From Thalia democratica (Eukaryota), in the NCBI GenBank assembly GCA_965202585.1, contig OZ241827.1, positions 32,860,001 through 32,924,000 on the forward strand: a stretch of 64,000 bases of DNA, in the 5' to 3' direction. The notes below the pieces were generated by a model. It saw nothing but the letters and a program-made list of their open reading frames with translations. It searched no databases and was not told where the DNA came from. Shown one piece after another: positions 12,401 to 24,400 of this stretch (the first letter of the stretch is position 1; the number at the start of each line of letters is the position of its first letter). A program made the translations under genes and the position numbers.

Positions 12401-15400
12401 AATGAGTTACAATTTTATAAGAAATTTTAGTAATATGATAGTAATGAAAAAGATTAAAAATATGTGTTAGCAGACTTTGTCGTTTTTACACTTTTGAGTA
12501 TAGAGTTTACTTACAGTAATTTGTGCTGATTTTTTAAAGTAAGTAACAACTTAAGGTATTTAAAAAAAATATTTTGTTGTTTAATGAACGACAACAATAA
12601 AAGCGCTTAAAAAGTTTAGTCTAGCGAATCATAGACCACGGATACAGTTTAATTCTATGACATAAAATAACAGTCTTAAAGTATTATAGGACGTAAAATA
12701 ATATTCTGGACATAAGTAAACAGTGTTTAATAAAATGTCGATACAAAAGTTTATCACTTGTTTGTAAAAAAAAACTTAACTTTTCTTACAATAAAGACCT
12801 TTGCATTCTTAATCCTTAAAAGGTTTTCATTCTAAAGTATACAAAAAATACGATGATAAGTAAGATAAAATATTTTTTGTGTACTTCATTAAAACAAAAC
12901 TTTACGTCTAATTTTATCCTCCACACAAATGACCCTTTCTGCTTGTCATTAGCATTTTCCAAGAAATGTTTTTCCAAAACGTAACGACGTCTCTTAAAGG
13001 TCACGCATTCAGGTTAGAAACGTAACGTCAAGCTTTAGTACAAAAATGACTTTTTGATCCTAATTACAGGCGGTATTTGAGTTGTTTATTTTTGGGTCGT
13101 TTTGAAAATACCACAGATTGTTTAGTCTGGTCACGCATAACAGTTTTTCAAAAAAAAAATTAACGTTGCTTGCGTGGGGTTCAACTTGGTTTCTGTAGCA
13201 ACCCTGGTGGCCTTTGATGTTTTTGTGAAGGTCACAGGCTCTTTGTTGTTTTTGTTGACAATCAGTCACATTTTACGTTCTGCGAATAATCGCTTGTATG
13301 TTCAAGTTTATTGCGTCAAAAAACTTTTTTTTTGTTATTTATAAGTTTTAAGTATGTAAGAGTGGACTTGCAATTAAAAAAAAGTATATATTTTTCTAAA
13401 AGCTAATATAATAATAAAGTTTATAGCATGTAACAATTTTTATGATGAAAAAATTTAGTGTTCCAAGGCAGTTCAACTAAAATATAATGCGTAAATTTTT
13501 CTTATGTGCATAATATAATGCTTAACAACAAATGTTGCACAGATTTTAACTCATTGGTCAAAATTAGTTTTATTAATACATATATATATATATATAACTA
13601 TATTTTTTTAAAGAGTTGTTAAACATCACAATTATACGAAATAATAATAAAAACTTTTAGAAAATCTTATAAAACTATTAAACGAGAAAATATACACGTA
13701 AAAAATTATAGAAACGATTTATGTATATTCAATAAATTTTTGGATAGGAATCTTTAAAAAAACAACCTTTTGTTGGTATTGATTAATTTATAATTTGAAA
13801 ACTTAAATATGAAAATTGATTTCAAAAATTTAAAAGGAAATTAGCGCAATTACTTGCACTAAAAACTCTAAAATTTGGATTTAAAGAAAATAATTTGTTT
13901 AATAAATTGATTGCTTTACAGAAATACCAGGTTACATTGAAGAAGCACCATATTATACTCACATTGGTGCTGCTCATTCTGTTGAAAAATTGAGGTTGCT
14001 ATTCCAAAAAAGAACTGGATTTCTATTATCTGCTATTAGAATGGAAAAGGTGAAGTTTTTATTATAAAGCTTATAACTGCAAATAAGCGTTTTACAAAGC
14101 ATCTAAAAATAAAAGCTGAACTGTGTATTAAGATTATTTTATTTGTTATTTTAATGTAACTAAATAGTTTTTTTTTTAAGTTAGTGGTTATTCAAAATAG
14201 TTGTGTTATAGTAAGACTTATACGTAGTTACAAAATAATTTATCTAAAAAACATATATAAATGAAGAATAATGAAGTGTCTATGCTTACGAATTTATTAC
14301 ACTTCATAAGTCTTGTGGCATAAGTAATCAATAAATAATTAAATATACTAAATATCCTGGTTTGCCTAGATTCAAATAATTTTCTATTTGTTTTAATCAC
14401 TATAAGAAAATATATTTAAATTGAATGACTCATGGTTTAAAATGCTATTTGTTTTTTTAACTTTTACTTAATTTGACTATTTTTAATTATTTTATTTCAA
14501 ATATTAGATTTATTTTAATTTTCAAAGTAGAGAGATAAGTTTTCCAAATATTCTAAAGACTCAGTATTATTTTTTTGTGATAGTCATAGGTAATAGAGTT
14601 AAAACACATTTTTGTTTGTAATGTACTTTTAGTCAACAAGTAAAAAGTTTATTAAATGTTTTGATAAATATATAAAAAAATGTATTCTAAAGTCTGTATC
14701 CAATAAAAGTTAAAAAGGATTCTTTCTGTTCAATCAAATTAAAGATTTATACTAAGTAAAATTATATATTATGTTTAAAATAGAAGGACTGTTGTCCGAA
14801 ATCGATTTGAACTAAAGTATGCAATAAACTTGTAGACTTTTTAAACCATCGTTTGATTTTTGTAAATATTTATGCAGGGAAAAAAATCACAAGTAAAAAC
14901 AATTGACTGTGTCCTGGACCGATTTCAGAATTATATATAAATCTTGTCTATGTTGAAAATAAAACATAAACTGTAAATAAAATCAAGACTATACTATTAT
15001 TTTTGTATTTTTTTGTTAATTAGTACAATTGTTTTAAGTTTATTGTTAGTAATTTATATTTTTCCTTAATAAAATAAAATACTTTATTAACTTTAAATTT
15101 TTGTTTAAGTAAAGAAAAACAGTTTCTGATTAATTTAAATATTTATTGTTTGTTTGAAAAAGTAAGTTTTAACGTAAAAAAGATATTATAAAAGTAAAAT
15201 ATAATAAACGAGTCATTGTTAAAAGTTTTGTTGATGTTAAGAAAGTATTTGTTTACTTTAAGTATGTGCCAAAATGTCTATATAAGTATATATACTGTTT
15301 AAAAAAATAGTTTACAAAAGTTAGTTATATTTTTTATACAACAAGTTTTTTTTGTAGATAAGTTACAATTACTTTTAATGATCTTTTAGAACATTATAAT

Positions 15401-18400
15401 ACTGTTTTATTTAATGTATATCCCAAGAAAGTTGACTACTTGAGTTTATGTCTAAAAAAATTTAAGCCTCGAAAGAGATTATTTGTAAATATTTTTTTTT
15501 TACGAGTTTTAGCAATTCAGATCGTCTTATAATTAGGTTTTGCAACGTTTTTGCAGTTCTTGCAACGTGTTTTGTTATTTATACTGTAATTTATTTCAGT
15601 TTGTATATATATAATAAATTTACCCTACAGATAAAATACACAAAAAAAGAAGGAAAAACTAAAAATGGATGTCCAGTTGCTAAATGGGTAAGTTTATAAT
15701 TTAAGTATACGTTTTTTTTAGTGTACATATCAAGCTTAAAAACAAAGCGTTCATTAACTTTGAGTATACATTTATTATTTTTATAGAAAATTGTACTTTA
15801 AATTAAAATTAATGATAATTTCAAAATGTTACTAAGAAGAAAAGCTAATTATAACTTAGTCATTAAATTAGACTAGTTAATGTTTTTAAAAATTAAACAA
15901 TTAAGTTTAAATTTAAAAAATTAAAAAGGTGAAACTAATTTAAAGCACTCATATTATATATAACTTTTACTAAACAAGAAAGTAACAGCAAGTTTTTATC
16001 TGTATTTCAGATCTCAATTAAACCTCAATCATTTTCTTAATCTATTTTGAAAATAATTAGCAATCATATATACTATTTGCTTCAAAACAACCACCATTAC
16101 TTGTTATCACAACTTTCTAACATATTTCGTTCATTAACGTCAAAAGTTTTTGATGAATTGAACGATTTGTTTAAGAAATTAAATTGAGTGATAATTTAAA
16201 TTTTCATGACTAACTATTGCTACTAGCTGTCAGGTAATTAATCATAACAGTTTGCTATATCTAATGAACATATTTTAATCTCTAACATCCCTTTATAAGA
16301 TAATTAACTTTAAAGTAAACAATAATAATATTTATTATTTTAGAGATGCTTATTTTTGATGTTAATCTTATGATTGTTATATATCCTACATCTAATTACT
16401 TAAAACTCACAACAGTTTTTTTCTTCAAAGTTTTTACAATAACTAATGCTTTGAAGTTAACTTTATAAATGTATCAAATAAATATATTTAATATTTTTAG
16501 CTTTTGGGAAAATTTAAAACTGAATTTTAGTTTTAAAAGAACAAGTTTAAAATTTAATTTAAGTTTGATCTTTGAAAAATTATATAAACTTTAATGAAAT
16601 TGTAATTTTTTTTGAAATATATTTCTAATACTTAAGTTTTTTATGTATGGTCTTAATGAGCTAAAGTAATATTTTCAAATAGACATGTAACTTAACTGTT
16701 CAAAATAACATCAAAACGTCGATGAAATTTCAAATAAAGTTCCAAAAAAAAAACTTATATCGTAACTTAATTTTGCTGAATCATTTTAAGAGATAAAAAT
16801 ATGATAAAATAAGTTTTTTTCAAATTATTTTTGCCACGTAAAAGAAATTGCTAGAACATGTCATAAGGAGCTACGTTTTAAAATTTAAAGCAATGTATTA
16901 CAAAAAATTAATTGGTTAAAACTTTTATCGATGAAATTCTTATTCTAAGTAAAATAAAGCAAATATGTAGCTCAAATATTGAAATCTGAACTAGATATAT
17001 CATTTTTAATAATTGTTGCTTTTATGTAAAATAATATTATAAAAAAAAATTTTACCATTAAGCATTTTACTGTAAAAAATAAAGTATTTTCGAAACAATA
17101 GAAAATAGATATATCTCATAGATACTTCGTAGATCTAGTGATAAAGAGAAGTTGTTGGTGGTATGTCGCAAACGTCCGGGACATTTTTGTGCCACCAGTG
17201 TCGTAGCGGTGGTGTTGTGCTTATGGGATGGAATCAGCCAGCACCTTGCAGATGAAGCTTACGATATAAACAAAACACTGTTACCAATGCACGCAGAACC
17301 TACTAGCAGACGATGTGGTATTAATAACAAGTAAAGTTTTAATTGCTTATAATAAAGTAAAAATTGATCAAAACGTAATCTGAATATGATAAAAATTAAT
17401 TGAAATGTTGTTTTTATGTTAATCGTTAGATTTCATGAACAGGATATTACAAGCAGTGTTTTTTATTTGTCATACAACTTATGAAATAAATCATGTTTGC
17501 GACTGTCTGCAACAAAAAAGTTAGCGTTTTCATTTTTTCACAAAATTACGGATATTTCTCTCCCAAGAGTTTCTAAAAAAAATATAAAGTTTAACTTAAC
17601 TAGTACTATTTTTCAACTATTAAAAAGAAGTTAACAGCTAAACAAATTAAATTTGAAACACTCTTTACAGTCGAACATGCGCGTGTCAGGGTTGGGACGA
17701 ACACAGTTCAGGCGCCAGTTACACTTTCGGATGTTCGTGGACCATGTACCATAACACTTGCAAGTTTGCCAGGTCCACCGATATAAAAAAGTTCAAAATG
17801 GCAAAGAAGTCCAGCACAGAGCAGCAGGAAAAGTTGGAAGTTGAAGAAAAGGTTGAAGAATTGTTCTCAAGAGTTAACTATGAGTTGACAAGAAAGTACA
17901 AGATCATCGCCCCTGATGCACATTATAACCAGGTAGGGGTGTTTTTTTTTAACGAAAGAATTTTTACAAATAATACAAATGTTTTTTTACAAACTTTCAC
18001 ACGTATGTAAAGTGAAGTTGTGAAATTTCATCAGGTAAGCTTTCAATTATAAATAGTCATAGTTTACATTGTCTTATTTCAAACAAACTAAATTTACAGT
18101 TTTTTTATTTATTAATTATTTATATTAAGAAATAGTTATTAAGTTTCATAAAATGAACCTTACTCAAATCATTGTATAATTAACTATTCGGTAAAATTTA
18201 CCTGTTTTAAAACCTTCGACTTTTTACGAAGTTTATAATTAATAAACTTGTTAACATTTTTTAGTGCTCTAGAGTTTTTTACAACTGCTTAACTTATTTT
18301 ATATTTATAGATTATTAATAATTAAAAACCATTTTATCTTTTTATAATTCAAGTAAATTAACTAAGAAAGTTTTTGAGGAAACTTACACTTATTTTTATA

Positions 18401-21400
18401 AGTATAATATAAATCACTGTCGGCACATATTTATCAAAATAAATTTAAATTTTAAAAACAATTCAACAGGTCTGTAGCTGTAATTGAAATAAAATATTTT
18501 TTAATTAAAATTCTTGTTTATATATACACTTTTTATTTTATATCGAAAGAAAAATATTTATTTTAAATATTTATACTGTAAAATTTACATTTTCTAGATA
18601 AAATAAACTTGTATTTTAAATTTAGTTTTTTAATTTTAAAGAACGCAGTTCTCATATAAGCAAATGCAAAAGTATTGAACTAATAGGAAATAAAACAAAC
18701 CAATTTCATTCAAAAACCGTGATTAAATTAAAATATTAAATATAAAATTATTAAAATGCAAATCTTGCTTGTAAAAAAGACTTAATAAGTATAAAAGCCT
18801 TTGTAAAAAGTTGTAAACTTACAAAACAAGTTTATGAAAAATATGATATGATATTTTATTCTTACCCTTTAAATTCAATTTCATTCAACCTGTAAAAAAC
18901 AAAGATCAAACTAAAATTTTAATATACAAACAACTCAATTTATACTATGTTGACAAAAAATAAAATTCGTTAATGAAATTAACTATACATTAAAACTTAC
19001 CTTGTTTTTTTTCCACATTTTATACGAAAACTAAGTATAGCACTAATGAAAAAATATCGGCGAATATTACAAGAAAGTTGTGCAACTTTAAAAACAATCA
19101 ACCGGCGACGCCGCCTTAATTAAGATTGAATTTATTTATTTTAATTTTAATGTTTTAATTTAACAAAACAAATAGTTTAATTGATTTTGATTTAGCTTAA
19201 AATATTTTAGTTCAAGTTTTCTTTCTTAAACAAAAAAAAAATAGTTTTTTTTCATCTGTGAAAAAAACACAACGAAAATATAAACGACAGAAAATTAAAA
19301 AGACTTAAAAGTCTTCGTAAACATTTGAAATTTTCAAAGCAAAAAAACAATTTAAAATGTTATTTTATTACATCAAGTTACTCGATACTTTAAACCAACG
19401 ACAAGCACTTTATGAGTTTTGATTATAAAGTTTTTTTTTGATTCTTAAAAAAAAAATAAATTTATATATAGTAGTTTCTATAAAGTAAACTTATAAATTT
19501 TTCAATTAAAAACCTTTAAAAATATTTTAACACTGAGTGATTGCAAATTTTTGTGAAACGTTACCAAAGTTCAGCAAAAAGTTTAAGCCGTAAACTTAGA
19601 CCTTGTTTTTTTTCTACATAACAAATAAAAACTGTACATTGAAAAACATCTAAACTATTAACTGAATATAGATAAACTTTTAGATTTATGTTATATATTT
19701 GAAAAAAATAAAAACTCAATTAAACAGTATTACTGAAGGTACTAAGTACAGGATATATTTTTTTACAGAGTAGACAAAATTTACTCTGAATAAATCTCTA
19801 CATAGAAAAATTTATAAGCTTTAAATATGATTAAAGCTACTGTACAAAAAAAGTTCGTAGTAAAACTGTTTAAAAAAGTATATTTTACCTTTAAAACTGA
19901 TTTTTTTCTCACGCCTTCAAGATTTCCCTTGCACGGTGATCACATTATCACAAAAACGTGTTTAAAATCGCCCACAATCGTCACCTACTTGATTTTCATC
20001 TATTATAAATCTCCTCACAACATTACTGACACTTTCAAGGTGGTCTGCCCAGCAACAAGTTTGTGTTTAGGGTAATTTGTTGTGCACACTTCTACAATAA
20101 TAGTGCTGTGTAATTAACAGTTTGCTAACTAAAGTTTTGTTCCTTTTACACACGCAAACGAATCAATTATTTGTTAGTTAGCTGAGTAGGATTCTTTCTT
20201 TTTTTAATAAATAAAAGATTTGGGTAAAATATGGTTACACTTATTAAATGTTTAGTTATGAAATTAAATAAGTATTTAGGATGATTATTTTGATAATAAA
20301 ATTAGCTTCAAACAATTACTTTATATTATTAATTGCATTACAACGTAAGTGAACGAAATAAACAATTGCATATTATTACCGAACTAAAGTTATTTTATTC
20401 TTAATATCTAAACAGAAGTGTGTACGTTTGTTTTTAATATCTACGCTTAAAGTGTTATTAGATTTAATTTGAGTAAAATATATTTATTACCTTGGTTCGC
20501 CTGAAAGTTAAATAATGATAGAAGTATTAATTTATTAAACTTGTCTTGATTCCTGCAGTTTATTTACTTCGATGAACATTTTAAAGTCAAGATAATCTAA
20601 ACGTGTGTCGCGTCACATTCTTAATTGCAGTAACAATAACACGAAAACAAACTGAAATACCTACATTAGGCGTGAACGTAAACAAATAAACACTTGAGGC
20701 CTTACAAAAACCTAACACAAATTTTGACAGTTCATGTTTAGTTAGTAAATAAGTTTTGTTTGTAAACTATTTCAGCATTCCAGTTTAAATTCGCAAAATC
20801 TGAAAGCATTGGCAGAAACTTTGTTTCAAAACTTAGTCTATGTTAGTATGTTTGAAAATCGAACTACGAAGCAAGTATTCTGGGTTCACAATTAAACTTA
20901 ATTAATAAAACAACAATTTATTCGTTATATCAAATAATTACTATTATTTTGTTTGTGTAAATTCTGTATAGCTACACGTTCTATGTGAAGTTGATACATT
21001 CTTTTCATGTTTAACAATTTAAGTTTGTTTGATAAATAAATAAGTTTTTATAACAAATTCATTCTTTGCATTTTTAACAAACTTAAGTCAGTTTATTTTT
21101 GCTAAACAATATACATAAATCATACTTGAGCAAAAATATTTTGGCAATAAGCTACGTTTTTACACCGATTAAGTTTATCTCATTTGCCTTTTAATTTAAC
21201 TACAGTTCAAGCGAGTCAGGTTTAATCAGATTGTTGGTTATTACGATCAGTAAAGCTGTAAACAATTTTAAACTTAAGTATATAAGTACAAAATAGCATG
21301 CCAAAATGTTCATTTATTTTACAGCAGACCTTGACAGTAATTTAAAAGTAAAACGAAATAACCGTTGATGAAACTTTATTGTTTTAGAAATACTTCAAAT

Positions 21401-24400
21401 ATTAGTTAACTATATTTTATCATATTATACTATTTTTATCAATTGAAATGTGTAAATTAATAAAATTCAAACTATTTTATTACAGCCATCAAAAAAAACT
21501 TTTTTTCTTAATATGTATTATATACGTTGTATAAAAATTTTACGACTTTATATCTTGCAATTTTATCTAACTCGTAATAAAATCTAAACTACAGCGTATT
21601 AGTCATTTTAAATAAAAAGCTTTGTAATATTTTGTTTTTAAATTATTATATTTTAAAGATAATGAAGAGAAGAATATACATTTTTACAATTTAACTTTAA
21701 ATGAGTTAAACCTTATCTATTATAACAATTTAACTTTTTTGATTATCAATCTTCAAATACAAGGCCAGTACCCAAAATCTCACCATGAAATCATGCTAAT
21801 CGAAGTAACACATTAACTATGACTTTAAATGTGGAACTTATTCTTAATTTTGATAATAGAATAATAATTAATTTGAGAAGGTTAATTATACATTTGTTTG
21901 TTATGTATAGTTTTTAAAGGGTCCCTACTGGAAAATAAATTCCTTGCACATTAGACTGAAAAATATATAGGTTATTTTTAAAAACGCTATTATTTTTATC
22001 TTTTAAGTGTCTTTGCATATAAGTAACGTGCTAAGAACTGTTAGTTTATGTTATAGTTCGCTTGTTTAAATATCAAAAAGCAAAAAAATCATTGAAAAAT
22101 ATTTTGTCACCCTATAAAGTTATCTGTGCACATTAAAATAGTTTCCATGCACACTAATGAGTACAGGTGCACACTGTGAAGACCGCTGGTTTTAAGGATT
22201 ATGTAAGACAAAACGTATAAAAGTTACAATAGTTATAAGATTTCCATATTATTCGAGTTTCAATTAAAACTTTCCTACATAGACGGAACACAGTAACAAA
22301 GGATTTGAATGCCGGATTCGTTTAAAACCTACTGAAAAATCATCCGATGCTGATACTTTGCCACTTACTGAACCATCTCCATTTTCGAGTGTCAGTTGTT
22401 GCATGGACTTTTGTGCCCATTCTCACAGAGATAGTACTAATATGGAACGAGGCATAACTGCTGTTGGTTTAAGTATTTATAATAGTTTTTAAATGTTTTC
22501 TTTTAGAAAATAAGCTCTTCTTATTCTAATAGCTTTATTTTAACTGTCAAACCTATCAATTTAATTTTTAAGCACGATTATATATATATATATATTTGTA
22601 TTTCCTAAAGGTTTACGAACTAATATTTTTTATAAATTACTTTTTATTTATTATTACTGTGTTTCTATGCTTAATCTATCGAACGAATAAAGATCTAACT
22701 GTTTAAACACTCTTTTGAAAGACTTTAGCTTACATTTTAATCGATATTAGCAAAAGTTAGGTACGTAACTTTATAATGCAATTCGATAAAATAGAGTAAT
22801 TCGGTTCAATTTTTTTAAGCAGCATTAGCTTTTATACTTCATCAAAAGTAAAATTTTTATAGTAATAATATTTTTTTTTTATTCGTGTAGTAATTTTATA
22901 AAAGTTAGTTTCTAAGTAAGTTAATTTATAATTTCGTAGTTATTTATTTTAAGAATATCTACCTACAATTTTGGGTGTGGCTTCAAAAACAAATAGGATT
23001 TTGTAAAAATGTTTTAAGCTTTAAAGCGTTTCATTTTTTCATAAACGATACATAAAATTTGTACAAGTAAACTGTTTAGTCTATACATGGTATCCAATTA
23101 ATTGGTTTCTATAATACTCGACTAGGCTAAAAAGTGATATGTTACATGCAACAACAATTAAAAGTTTAGTCGTAATGTGACAAAATGTTTAACATAGACA
23201 GAAAAAGTTAAAATAAAAGGTAGTAACACTAACAAAAGAAGAACTAAGGAATAGTCGAAACATAAAGAGAGGTGTTGTGAGTGAGGAGCAATATCATGTT
23301 CTTCCGTTGTACACGTTGGATACCAGTGATGAAAATGGTCATGTAGATTTGGCACATGAGAATTACCATTTGTCAATGAGCAACAAAATAAAAAATGGTG
23401 CAATCGAAGTTAGTTGTTTCCTCGAATTATTTTTTCAGAAGCTAGATATAAGATAAATTTTAGAATACACTCCTATGTGAAAAAATATTGTTTTATTATT
23501 GTTCTTATATATTACTCTCTGATTATAAAATAGCGAAAACTTATGAGCGGATTATTTTATTTCAAGCATAAAATATATTTATTATTATCTGAACTTTTTT
23601 CATACTAATTCTGTTAGCTAGTTGTTTATAGACATTGAACATCTAAAATTCAATGTGAGTAAATTATTTTGATATAAATGCTAAGAAAGATTGTATTCGA
23701 AACCAAAGTTATATGTCTAGAAATATGTAACAATGAGATCTAATAAATAATATTTGTCTTAATTGTAAAAGACAGCGTTTCAGTAACTTCTTATGACTAC
23801 AAATAGATAATAATACGTTATTGTATTCCATATATAAATTTTGAAAAAAAAAACTAATTTCATAAGCTAAGTTAAACGATCTTAAACAATACATTGAAAC
23901 GTGTATTTTGTATCTACTGTTACAGTGTGAAACATTTTTTTAGTAAAACGTATATTACTTGTTTTAAATATCATTTTAATATTTTGTTATTAAATGCTAC
24001 GTTTTTGTTAATATAATTTTTAATTTTATAAGTTGATTATCTTTGAGCTTAATCAGATGATTAGATGTAAGCCTTTCCGCCAAAACAAAAAAATTCAATG
24101 CAAATTAAAAATCAGCTTCTTTTAAACAAGATTTACTGTAAACATCAATTAACTTTGATTTTTTACACTTAATCAGCTATAAGATTAACGAACATTATGT
24201 ATTAAGTTCATCATGTTTTAAGGTTTGGTTTACACTTAATCCTTTGCGCAAACACGTTGAAGTTTTAAGCAAGCAAACTTTAGTTTTTGTAAATGAATGT
24301 TTTAGGGGTATATCTTTCAATTAATAGCTTTTTAAAATAATTAAAAGCTCAATTTGTTTTCTTACATTACCAACAGACTATTTCGAGCATAATTGAAAAT

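Noticed and set aside
22148-22174. Two TGCACAC metal-response-element matches in TET intron 8
   Set aside because: Short motif, overlapping the candidate microexon; no independent support.
6851-23403. Minus-strand track ORFs 6851..7093, 7768..8223, 10249..10434, 11092..11322, 23158..23403
   Set aside because: Antisense shadows of TET exons, with no independent motifs.
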